From the NCBI GenBank assembly GCA_029007985.1, contig JAQXIW010000026.1, positions 560-64,559 on the forward strand: DNA of 64,000 nt. The letters run 5' to 3'. The translations under genes and the position numbers were made by a program. Shown here piece after piece: positions 1 through 8,544 of this stretch. The stretch comes from Oscillospiraceae bacterium (GTDB taxonomy: Bacteria; Bacillota; Clostridia; Oscillospirales; Ruminococcaceae). A model generated the notes under the pieces. It saw nothing but the letters and a program-made list of their open reading frames with translations, made no database searches and was not told where the DNA came from. Every line of letters begins with the position of its first letter. The first letter of the stretch is position 1.

Positions 1-620
1 AATTAGAGTTATCTATTCTCTCTCTCCGTCTTGGATTACGCCAATACACCTCCCTCATCAGATGGAGGCCTGCGGCAATGTTTTCACTTTTGAAAGACAC
101 AAAGCCTACAAATCATTATATATACTGCTGGGACGAGACAGGGTTAATCCACTACATTGTATTGGTAAATCAGGCGAGGCTCCACTTGTCAGGGGAGCTG
201 TCGCTGAAAGCGACTGAGGGGTAGTCTAAAAATATAGCGTTACAATTATGATGTGTTTTTTCTCTCCCTCCGTCAAAAATCAGAGATTTTTGCCACCTCC
301 CTCATCAGATGGAGGCTTGCTGAAAATTCCCATATAATAAAGAATGAAGTTTGCTCTATCGGTGTTTTCTATCCCCACCGTCAAAAGTCTGCGACTTTTG
401 CCACCTCCCCTTTGTCTAAAAGGGGAGGCTTGCAGCAATGTTTTCACTTTCGAAAGACGCAAAGCCTACAAATCATTATATATACTACCGGGACGATATC
501 GGGCATAGTCCCCTACATTGTATTGGTAAATCAAGCAAGGCACCCCTTTATCTAAAAGGGGAGGCTTGCGCTAATTATTCTGCTATCAAAGAAATTACTT
601 ATACAAAATCTTCACCGAGA
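1..620. repeat. Repeat cluster A: X-type double-hairpin arms at 17-73, 259-320 and 368-433, a half module at 539-569, a Y-type arm at 173-226, and a ~110-bp internal direct repeat
   Basis: Repeated framework TCTCTCC(C)TCCGTC-[hairpin]-CCACCTC-[hairpin]-GGAGGCTTGC and its partner GCAAGGCTCC-loop-GGGGAGCTGTC-[hairpin]-GACTGAGGGGTAGTC. The same modules recur at 10.4-11.3 kb, 28.3-28.9 kb and 38.36-38.57 kb. Confidence 0.85.
173..320. repeat. Composite palindromic unit 1 (Y arm, ~33-bp AT-rich spacer, X arm)
   Basis: Starts GGCGAGGCTCC and ends GGAGGCTTGC. Y arm 173-226, X arm 259-320. Confidence 0.8.
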
Positions 621-719
621 AAGGTGCACACAGTGCAAATGCTTCTAATTTATTATTGACGCCGTGTGAAATAACACTATTATTAAAGCAAAACTGATTT
701 TGAAATTAAAACGACTCGT

Positions 720-1097
720 TCAGTCCTTCGAATTGCTTTGCCTTAACGATTCTTTTACAGCCAAGTCTATATATTCGCATACACCGAGAAAGTTTTTGAA
801 AATCTCATTGTTGGGAATGCGGATGACTTTCAGCCCGTATTGCCGTAAAAACTCGGTGCGACTTTCGTCTTTATTTATACCTTTGTCCTCATAGTGACCG
901 GAGCCGTCCAATTCTACAACAAGATTCGCCCGTGCACAGTAGAAGTCCGCTATATATCGTCCCAAGACTTTTTGCCTTAAAAACTTCACAGGGTAATCTC
1001 GTAAAAAACCATACCACAGGTGTCGCTCTTCTTTTGTCATATTTTTTCTCAGTTGTCTTGCAAAAGGGACAAGGCTTTTGTTGTGCTTTTTTTGCAT
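720..1097 (-). CDS. DUF559 / Vsr-like endonuclease-fold protein
   Basis: 125-aa ORF with ARQLRKNMTKEE..LW..LR, FLRQ, YIADFYC and VVELDGSGH blocks typical of the DUF559 family. Confidence 0.75.
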   Translation of the reverse strand: MQKKHNKSLVPFARQLRKNMTKEERHLWYGFLRDYPVKFLRQKVLGRYIADFYCARANLVVELDGSGHYEDKGINKDESRTEFLRQYGLKVIRIPNNEIFKNFLGVCEYIDLAVKESLRQSNSKD

Positions 1098-1158
1098 TTC
1101 AGTTTACCGTATTTTGAAATTTAAGAAACCGCGCAAACACAAGAAATCACGATAAAAA

Positions 1159-2433
1159 TCACTCAAACACATCCGTGCTGACGGTCATAACCTCAAAGCC
1201 GTCGTCTGCGAAAATTTCGACAATGCCTCTGTCAAAATACATATCAATATGACAGTCGCCGCATTTTTCTCTCTTGGCGTGCATTATCGTATAGGCTTCG
1301 TCCTGTGCCAAAAGGTCTGTCTTTTGGGCGATAGGGGATATTTTCCTGTCAAGGTGTATGTACTTTTCGCCCACGGTCAAGGTGAAAGCCGGCTGTCCGC
1401 CGTTTTCGACGGTCACGGTTTCGCCCACCTTCAAATCATAGCTCTTTTTGCAAAACTCGGCGGCAGGGGTGAATTTTAAGCGGTAGCCGTTATCGGTCTT
1501 TACCAAATCCGCATATCTTGGGGCGGTCATTTTGCCGCGGTAATCACGGCAAGGGGTGGTCTTGACATAGCCCCAATTTTCCGCCCAGCCGATGAAAAGC
1601 GGCTTGTCAACGCCGGCAAAAGACACCATCGCGTAGTTATCCGTACCCCAATCCGGGATTAAAACTTCGTTTTCTCCCTCCTCGGCGGTGAAGGAGTAGC
1701 CGTCCCAAGAGCCGACAAAATACTGCATCGGGTGGCCCTTTATCACGCCGAAAGGCAGATTTTCGCTGTTTTCCATCGTAACCGAATCAATCAGCACATA
1801 TTTTTCGCCGTCCGGGGTGTCAAATCTTACTAAATCCGGGCATTCGTAAATGCCGTCGATGATTTTTTTCTCAGGGGCAAACTCGCCGCTTTTTTCCCAG
1901 TGAATAAAATCGTCTGTGTGGTAAAAAAGTATTCTGTCGCCGCCGCTCAGCACAGCCGAATAGCCGCCGCGCACTTTGTCCGGGAACATTTTCGGGTCGC
2001 GGCAATCCGGCCTGTAACCGTCGGTGCCAAGCACATTCGGTATCACCGGGTTGTTTTCATACTTTGTAAAGTGAATGTAATCCGTCGAATAGGCTATGGA
2101 TTGTTGTTGCTCGCCGGTCACGGGATTGTGGGAGGTATACATCGCTATCATCCGCGGCTTTTTGCCCCCAAAGCCAGACAGATTTTCTGTATCAATCACC
2201 GCCGAGCCGGAAAATATGTAGCCCAGCCGGTCGGGGCAGAGGGCGGTTTCCTTTTCATCCCAGGTCAGCAAGTCGCGGCTTTGGGCGTGCCCCCAATACA
2301 TAGGGCCCCAAATAGGCTCGTCCGGGTAATACTGAAAGAAAATGTGATAGACTCCGTCGGCAAATACGCAGCCGTTCGGGTCGTTTATCCAGCCTTTTTT
2401 AGGCGTAAAATGATATAAAGGTCTGTTGCTCAT
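1159..2433 (-). CDS. Glycoside hydrolase family 32 (beta-fructofuranosidase / sucrose-6-phosphate hydrolase-like), cytoplasmic
   Basis: WINDPNG nucleophile block, CRDPKMF (RDP) and YECPDL (EC) blocks. No signal peptide. GGAG lies 7 nt upstream of the ATG. Confidence 0.9.
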   Translation of the reverse strand: MSNRPLYHFTPKKGWINDPNGCVFADGVYHIFFQYYPDEPIWGPMYWGHAQSRDLLTWDEKETALCPDRLGYIFSGSAVIDTENLSGFGGKKPRMIAMYTSHNPVTGEQQQSIAYSTDYIHFTKYENNPVIPNVLGTDGYRPDCRDPKMFPDKVRGGYSAVLSGGDRILFYHTDDFIHWEKSGEFAPEKKIIDGIYECPDLVRFDTPDGEKYVLIDSVTMENSENLPFGVIKGHPMQYFVGSWDGYSFTAEEGENEVLIPDWGTDNYAMVSFAGVDKPLFIGWAENWGYVKTTPCRDYRGKMTAPRYADLVKTDNGYRLKFTPAAEFCKKSYDLKVGETVTVENGGQPAFTLTVGEKYIHLDRKISPIAQKTDLLAQDEAYTIMHAKREKCGDCHIDMYFDRGIVEIFADDGFEVMTVSTDVFE

Positions 2434-2666
2434 ATTATCGCTCCGTTTTGTTTTTTTATATTCTATAATAGAGCCGCCGTTAATTCAAGAAAAAGTTATA
2501 GCAAAGACAAAACACAGTCAAAATTCCGCTTTACCGAATATGCCGCCTTATATGCACCTTTGGCTTTTATCAGGCGCCCCACAGTTATCAAAAAAATTAC
2601 ACTTGCAAATTTGCAAATTCTGTATATAATAGTATAGTAAAATAATATACAGAGGAGAGAACAATT

Positions 2667-2897
2667 ATGCCATCAAATGCAGAATTCAAATTTGAAGTCG
2701 TAAAAACTCTCGGTGTTGTCAGCGAAGGCAAAAACGGCTGGAAAAAGGAGCTCAACCTTGTATCCTGGTCAAACAGACCTGCAAAATACGACATCAGAGA
2801 ATGGAACGAAGACCACACTCAGATGAGAAAGGGTATCACACTGACAGACGAGGAAATCGCCGTGCTCAAAGAGATACTTGACGAAATCGACCTTTAA
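2667..2897 (+). CDS. YdbC-like PC4-type ssDNA-binding protein
   Basis: 76 aa. FKFEVVKTLGVVSE..NGWKKELNLVSWSNRPAKYDIREW resembles the YdbC family from memory. Strong RBS AGGAGAG. Confidence 0.7.
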   Translation: MPSNAEFKFEVVKTLGVVSEGKNGWKKELNLVSWSNRPAKYDIREWNEDHTQMRKGITLTDEEIAVLKEILDEIDL

Positions 2898-3064
2898 TAT
2901 TAAATAAATACAGGGCAATCCCGTTTTGGGGTTGCCTTTTTGCTTGTATAAGCAATTCTTATAATAAACATATTACTTGTTTGTGCACAAAATATATTAA
3001 CAAAAGACAAAATATTTGATAAAATGTTACTTATAAAAGTATGCGAATAACGGAGGCATTTATT

Positions 3065-4333
3065 ATGAAATACGGTATTATTGGCTTTGGCTGTGCCGGC
3101 TACTATGCGGCTAAGACAATCAGAGCCAACGACAAAGACGGTGAGATTGTTGTGTATTCCGACCACAACGCCGCACCGTACAACCCTATGCTTACTACAT
3201 ACTATGTCGCGGAAAAAATACCTTACGAGGCTTTATTTCCGTTTGGCTCAATGGAAAAAATCAAAGACGAATTAAACTTGACGGTTCACACAGGCACAAA
3301 AGTAGCCCGGGTAAAAGCCGCCGAAAAAGAGATAGTTCTGACAGACGGCACAAGCGAAAAATTCGACAAAATTTTAGTCGCCACCGGCGCCAGAGCCTTT
3401 GCGCCTAAGGTTGACGGAATGGACCCGGCTGACGCTTTCTATATGCGTACGCTTGACGACGCCGTAAAGCTGCACGAGGCTTTGAAAGAGCATGAATACA
3501 AATCGGCTCTTGTCGTGGGCGCGTCGATGGTGGGTATCAAGGTGGTAGAGCTGCTCAACAAAAAGGGCATTGACACAACTCTTGCCGATATGGCGCCGAG
3601 GATTTTCCCTCTTGCAGCCTATGAGTCGGTTTCCGCCGAAATCGAGAGAAGAATCGCGGAAAAAGGCGTTAAGTTCGCCTTCGGCAAGGCTCTCACACGG
3701 GCCGAAAAGACACGGACGGGTTATTCCTGCATTATGACCGACGGCTCGAGAATTGAGGCGGATTTGGTTGTTCTCTGTATCGGTACAAGGGCAATCACCG
3801 AATTGGTTGACAAGGACGAAGTCAAAGTCAACCGCGGCATCGTCGTAGACGACAGAATGATGACATCGGCGGACGGCATTTACGCCGCCGGCGACTGCTG
3901 TGAGGGCACGGAATTGCAGTCCGGCTCTAATATGATTATCGGTCTGTGGGCAAACGCTGCCCACCAGGGCACGACAGCCGGCGCAAATATGGCGGGGGCA
4001 AAAGCCGAATTTGACGGCAACTTCCTGCACAACATCACTCACTTTATGGATATGGACTTTATCGGCTTCGGCGACAACCGCAAGACCGGCAAAGTCATAA
4101 CTTCCGGCAACATCGAGAGCGGCCTCTATGTAGAGGCGGTTTTGGACGAGACAGGCCTTGTGGGCGTAAACATTTTGGACAATTACAGAATTTCCGGCGC
4201 GGTCAAAAATTACCTTTACAGAATTATGGAAAAGGGTACGGCAAAGGTATCGCCGATTCAGAGAGGTATCCTCATAAAAGAGGGTCTCAGACCGTCGTTT
4301 ATCGAAAAAATGGAGGGCAGATACAATGGCTGA
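3065..4333 (+). CDS. FAD/NAD(P)-dependent pyridine nucleotide-disulfide oxidoreductase family protein, likely the electron-input subunit
   Basis: N-terminal GIIGFGCAGYYAA dinucleotide fold, second VVGASMVGIKVVE fold, and YAAGDC FAD block. Lacks the redox Cys of Nox/CoADR (AAPYNPMLL). Start moved to the ATG after CGGAGG. Confidence 0.85.
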   Translation: MKYGIIGFGCAGYYAAKTIRANDKDGEIVVYSDHNAAPYNPMLTTYYVAEKIPYEALFPFGSMEKIKDELNLTVHTGTKVARVKAAEKEIVLTDGTSEKFDKILVATGARAFAPKVDGMDPADAFYMRTLDDAVKLHEALKEHEYKSALVVGASMVGIKVVELLNKKGIDTTLADMAPRIFPLAAYESVSAEIERRIAEKGVKFAFGKALTRAEKTRTGYSCIMTDGSRIEADLVVLCIGTRAITELVDKDEVKVNRGIVVDDRMMTSADGIYAAGDCCEGTELQSGSNMIIGLWANAAHQGTTAGANMAGAKAEFDGNFLHNITHFMDMDFIGFGDNRKTGKVITSGNIESGLYVEAVLDETGLVGVNILDNYRISGAVKNYLYRIMEKGTAKVSPIQRGILIKEGLRPSFIEKMEGRYNG

Positions 4334-6446
4334 AAAAATTAAAAAACTGCCGGGAGAAGACGGCATTGAAATTAAACATTCACAGTGCGCAATCTGTTCA
4401 CCGGGTCTGCACTGCGGTCTTTCCTGCTATGTAAAGGACGGCAAGGTTATAAAGGTCGAGGGCTGGGACGAGCACCCGTTCTCAAAAGGCGGCTTGTGTA
4501 CAAAAGGTCTGTCCAACAGAGAGTTCCTTTACAGAAAAGACAGAGTTCTCTACCCGATGAAGAGGGTGGGCGAAAGAGGCGAGGGCAAGTTTGAGAGAAT
4601 TTCCTGGGAACAGGCCTACACCGAAATCGCCGAGAAAATGAACGCCGTAAAGGATAAATACGGCGCCGACAAGGTGGCTTTCTATTCCGGATACAACAAG
4701 TGGTACCGCAATATGCTCGCCAGATTTGCCCATTCGTTCGGCTCACAGTCCTACGGCACAGAGTCGTCCTCCTGTTTTGTAGCCGGTGAAATGGCTTGGC
4801 AATGCCGGACGGGTACGGGCATGACTCAGAATTTAGAGACGGATTTGCTCATCGGCTGGGCTAACAACGGTTTCTATTCAAAATACACAATGATGGGCCC
4901 TCTGGAAAAGGCAAAGGCGAGAGGCATGAAATACATAGTAGTAGACCCGAGAGTTACACCGGGCTCTATACGCTATGCCGATTTACACCTGCGTCCGCAC
5001 CTGGGCACAGACGGCGCTTTGGCTCTGACGATAGCAAACTGCCTTATCAAAGACGACGCCGTAGACCACGACTACATCGAAAAATATGTACACGGCTATG
5101 AAGAGTACAAGGCCTATGTTTCGTATTTCACCCCCGAAAAGGGCGAAGAGCTGACGGGCGTACCGGCTCGGGATATTCTCAAAGCCGTAGAAATGATAAA
5201 AGAGGCAAAGACGATGTCCATTACCGAATGTTCGGCGCCTATTCCTCACCACAGAAACGGCTTACAGAACTACCGCGCACAGATGTCTCTGCTCGCCATC
5301 ACCGGCAACATCGATGTGCCGGGCGGTCAGAAACCGGCTCATTTCTCATTTTCGGAAAGAAACGCCGGCTTTACCACCCTGGAAGAAGAGTTTATGTATG
5401 AAACCTTCCCTCAGGACGCGGATAAATCCGTCGGCGCGGACATTCACCCGTTGTGGTACTATCTCAGACACGATATGCAGGCCAACGACTTGCCGGCAAA
5501 TGTGCTGAAGGACGATGAAAAGTCAATCAAGGCTCTCTACGCCCACGGTTTGAATTTCAGAATGTTCACCGACAACAAAAAGTGGCTTGAAGTATTCAAA
5601 AAACTGGATTTGTATGTGGATGTCGACCTGTTTATGACCGACTCTGCAAAATGGGCGGACTATGTACTGCCTTGCTGTACATCTATGGAAAGATACGAGC
5701 TCAAAGCCTATCCGGGTCAGCTGCTTTGGTATGTCAGACCGGTTGTTGAGCCGCTGGGCGAATCAAAGAGAGATGTTGACATCATTTCCGAGCTCGCCAA
5801 CTACATCGGCGTCGATGACGAGATACTATGTTCCGGCTATGAAAACGCATGTAAATATATGTTCCGCGAGACAGATGTGGATTTGGACGAGGTTATGGCG
5901 ACAGACGGCTTTGTAAAGGTCAAAGCCGAGCCGTACAAGGTCGGCACAAGACTGGAAAAAGGCTGGCCGACGCCTACCGGCAAGATTGAGCTGGTCAGCG
6001 AAGTCATCGCACAGCACCCGGAATGGGGCTTAGACGCTCTGCCGACTTATGTTGAGCCTTACACGGCGGACAGCGAAAAATATCCGTTCCGCCTCTGCGC
6101 CGGCACAAGAATACCGAACGCTATCCATTCCAGACTGCACGATTCCCCGTGGGAGAGAAGCCTGACCCCTGAACCTCAGGCAGAGATGAACCCGGCAGAC
6201 TGCGACAGACTCGGCGTCGAATTGGGCGATGATGTGCTGGTCGAGACCGAGATAGGCGGCTTCACCTATAAAGTCGTGCCTACTCTGACGGTAAAAGAGG
6301 GCGAGGTCTACATCTACCACGGTTACAGAGAAAAAGACATCAACTCGATTTTACCGTACGACAAAAACAACTGGGACCCTTATTCGGGCTACCCGGCATA
6401 CAGAAGCGCATATTGCAATGTAAAGGGGGTTAAGACAAATGGCTAA
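4326..6446 (+). CDS. Molybdopterin (Mo/W-bisPGD) oxidoreductase catalytic subunit, cytoplasmic
   Basis: N-terminal Cys cluster CAICSPGLHCGLSC...GGLCTKG. Overall length is typical of the DMSO reductase superfamily. No twin-arginine signal. Overlaps the upstream gene by 8 nt. Confidence 0.9.
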   Translation: MAEKIKKLPGEDGIEIKHSQCAICSPGLHCGLSCYVKDGKVIKVEGWDEHPFSKGGLCTKGLSNREFLYRKDRVLYPMKRVGERGEGKFERISWEQAYTEIAEKMNAVKDKYGADKVAFYSGYNKWYRNMLARFAHSFGSQSYGTESSSCFVAGEMAWQCRTGTGMTQNLETDLLIGWANNGFYSKYTMMGPLEKAKARGMKYIVVDPRVTPGSIRYADLHLRPHLGTDGALALTIANCLIKDDAVDHDYIEKYVHGYEEYKAYVSYFTPEKGEELTGVPARDILKAVEMIKEAKTMSITECSAPIPHHRNGLQNYRAQMSLLAITGNIDVPGGQKPAHFSFSERNAGFTTLEEEFMYETFPQDADKSVGADIHPLWYYLRHDMQANDLPANVLKDDEKSIKALYAHGLNFRMFTDNKKWLEVFKKLDLYVDVDLFMTDSAKWADYVLPCCTSMERYELKAYPGQLLWYVRPVVEPLGESKRDVDIISELANYIGVDDEILCSGYENACKYMFRETDVDLDEVMATDGFVKVKAEPYKVGTRLEKGWPTPTGKIELVSEVIAQHPEWGLDALPTYVEPYTADSEKYPFRLCAGTRIPNAIHSRLHDSPWERSLTPEPQAEMNPADCDRLGVELGDDVLVETEIGGFTYKVVPTLTVKEGEVYIYHGYREKDINSILPYDKNNWDPYSGYPAYRSAYCNVKGVKTNG

Positions 6447-6948
6447 AAAAATAGAGCTTGACATTTCCAGATGCTGTGCCTGCGGCGCATGTGCAATCGC
6501 CTGTATGGACCAGAACGACATCGACCTTTCCACAGGCGTGCGCCCTTTCAGAACTGTTTTCAGACAGGAGGAAAGAGCCACCGGTAAAATACAGTATTAC
6601 TCAATAGCCTGTATGCACTGCAAGGACGCCCCTTGTGTTGAGGCATGCCCGTCCGGCTGTCTGTACAAGGACGAAAAGACAGGCCTGACTCTCTATGACA
6701 ACACCTACTGCATAGGCTGTCACTCCTGCGCCATGGCATGCCCGTTCGGCGCACCGACCTTCGGCGAGGACAACAAGATGAGAAAATGCGACGGCTGTAT
6801 CGACAGACTCAACGCAGGGCTTGTGCCTGCCTGCGTAAAGGCTTGCCGCTTTGACGCCCTCAAACTTGTTGACACCGACGACAACCCGGTAGACAAAGAA
6901 AATTCTCTTATCGACATCTGCGAAGATTTGGTAAAGAGTCAGAAATAA
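6439..6948 (+). CDS. 4Fe-4S dicluster ferredoxin-type electron-transfer subunit
   Basis: Multiple CxxCxxCxxxC(P) motifs (CCACGACAIAC, CMHCKDAPCVEACP, CIGCHSCAMACP, CDGC...C). Overlaps the upstream gene by 8 nt. Confidence 0.9.
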   Translation: MAKKIELDISRCCACGACAIACMDQNDIDLSTGVRPFRTVFRQEERATGKIQYYSIACMHCKDAPCVEACPSGCLYKDEKTGLTLYDNTYCIGCHSCAMACPFGAPTFGEDNKMRKCDGCIDRLNAGLVPACVKACRFDALKLVDTDDNPVDKENSLIDICEDLVKSQK

Positions 6949-7171
6949 TACGAACAGCGGACGGCGGGCGGCAAAATGCACTCGCTGTCCGCCTTAACTT
7001 AATATACGGACTTAAAAGGAGGACTTTTTGAGAATAATTTTAGCTTTGAAATCCCCGATTGCAACGGATGTGGCAATGTGAGCCGTTTCGGCTTACACCG
7101 ATTCGGCAAATTGAAGTTATGTATAAAAATACAACATTATTCAATTCAATCACACAATCGGAGACACAAAA

Positions 7172-8170
7172 ATGATACAGCAAAGAGCCAGAATTATTTC
7201 ACAGGAAAAGGGCTTGTACAGAATTTCCTGTGACGGTTATGAAAACCGGGCGGAACTGTCCGGCAAATTTATATACGAGACAAACACGGCGGCGGACTAT
7301 CCGGCGGTGGGCGACTATGTCATCGCGACCTGCCCGACCGACGGCAGCCGCTCTGTAATCACCGACCTGTTCCCGAGAAAAAGCGCCTTTGTGCGCAGGG
7401 CGGCCGGCAGCCGGAACACACGGCAGGTAGTGGCGCGGAACATCGACACGGTGTTTTTGTGTATGTCATTGAACAACAATTTTAACCTGCGCCGAATGGA
7501 GAGATATCTTTCAATAGCATGGGACTGCGGCGCCGTGCCGGTCATCGTCCTGACAAAGGCGGACTTGTGCCGGGACATCGGCGAAAAAACCGCACGGGTT
7601 GAGAGCATTGCGCCGGGGGTGGATATACTGACGGTGTCGTCCTACAACAACGATATTGAAGCGGTAAAAAAGTATCTTACACCGGGTCAGACCGTGGCGT
7701 TTTTGGGCTCGTCCGGGGTGGGCAAATCCACTTTAATCAACAAAATAGTGGGGAATGACGATATTAAGACGGCGGAAATCCGCCCTGACGGCAAGGGCAG
7801 ACACACTACAACCCACCGCGAGCTCATCTCCCTGGACAACGGCGCCTTTGTTATCGACACGCCGGGTATGAGAGAGCTGGGGCTGTGGGATTCCGCCGAG
7901 GGCATTGACCGGCGGTTTTCCGACATCGAGCGGCTGACCCAAAAGTGCCGATTTGCCGACTGTACCCACACAAACGAGCCGGGCTGTGCGGTCTTGGCGG
8001 CGGTTGCAAACGGTATTCTCGACGAGGACAGGTGGCTGTCCTACCAAAAGCTGAAAAGCGAAAATCGGTATGTACAAAACCAAAGCGAGTACATGCAGGC
8101 TAAAAAGGAAAAGTTTAAGCAAATCGCCAAGAAAAACAAATTCAATAAAAAAGATAGGGTTAAACCCTAA
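7172..8170 (+). CDS. rsgA: Ribosome small-subunit-dependent GTPase A
   Basis: Circularly permuted GTPase: LTKADL, GSSGVGKSTLIN, DTPGMRE and C-terminal zinc knuckle CRFADCTHTNEPGC. Confidence 0.9.
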   Translation: MIQQRARIISQEKGLYRISCDGYENRAELSGKFIYETNTAADYPAVGDYVIATCPTDGSRSVITDLFPRKSAFVRRAAGSRNTRQVVARNIDTVFLCMSLNNNFNLRRMERYLSIAWDCGAVPVIVLTKADLCRDIGEKTARVESIAPGVDILTVSSYNNDIEAVKKYLTPGQTVAFLGSSGVGKSTLINKIVGNDDIKTAEIRPDGKGRHTTTHRELISLDNGAFVIDTPGMRELGLWDSAEGIDRRFSDIERLTQKCRFADCTHTNEPGCAVLAAVANGILDEDRWLSYQKLKSENRYVQNQSEYMQAKKEKFKQIAKKNKFNKKDRVKP

Positions 8171-8259
8171 AAACAAAAACCGCGGTATCGCAAGATGCCG
8201 CGGATATTTTGAAAACATATATTTCAAACCGCCCGGTACGGACGGGAGCAGGACATAAA

Positions 8260-8544
8260 ATGAAACATTATATAATAGTAAAATGGAATAAAGGCGTCGA
8301 TAAAAAGACGGCGCGGGCAGACGCTTACAATCTGTATAAAAATGCAACAGAGCGGGACGGCGTTTTCGGCGTGGAGTTCAAACAAAACATCACCGACCGA
8401 GAAAACAGATACGATTTGATGATTGTGCTTGACACCGATTCCGACAACCTTTCTAAATGGAACGGCTGTGAGATTCACAAAAAATGGAAGTCAGATTTCG
8501 GCGATAAAATAGCTGCAAAATGCATTTTTGACAGCGAAAGTTAA
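8260..8544 (+). CDS. Dabb (stress-responsive alpha/beta barrel) family protein
   Basis: About 94 aa. MKHYIIVKW... with the size and pattern of the Dabb domain. Start moved to the internal ATG after GGGAGCAGG. Confidence 0.65.
   Translation: MKHYIIVKWNKGVDKKTARADAYNLYKNATERDGVFGVEFKQNITDRENRYDLMIVLDTDSDNLSKWNGCEIHKKWKSDFGDKIAAKCIFDSES

Noticed and set aside
1-620. The repeat clusters (also 10.4-11.3, 28.3-28.9 and 38.36-38.57 kb) could be CRISPR arrays.
   Set aside because: There is no constant-length direct repeat alternating with unique spacers. Units occur in both orientations, differ in length and are nested. No cas genes are in the window.
253-659. Track ORFs inside the repeat clusters (253-555, 438-659, 10948-11133, 11042-11302, 28523-28795, 28802-29026, 38336-38545).
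   Set aside because: They are read-through of the hairpin repeats. The same peptide strings recur only because the DNA repeat recurs. They lack RBSs and have low-complexity composition.
3374-4366. Long antisense ORFs opposite well-supported genes (3374-4366, 7733-8347, 13655-14323, 17655-18503, 25951-26559, 32375-33133, 33790-34512, 36346-36894, 49783-50544, 59385-60038).
   Set aside because: Each lies opposite a gene with clear family motifs. They are typical shadow ORFs of GC-skewed codon usage, with no RBS or recognisable domain.
6990-7120. A TTG-initiated 17-codon ORF after AAGGAGG and a GAGCCG/CGGCTT hairpin upstream of rsgA could form a regulatory leader.
   Set aside because: The start codon is weak, the hairpin has no U tract, and I could find no alternative pairing. 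Support is insufficient.
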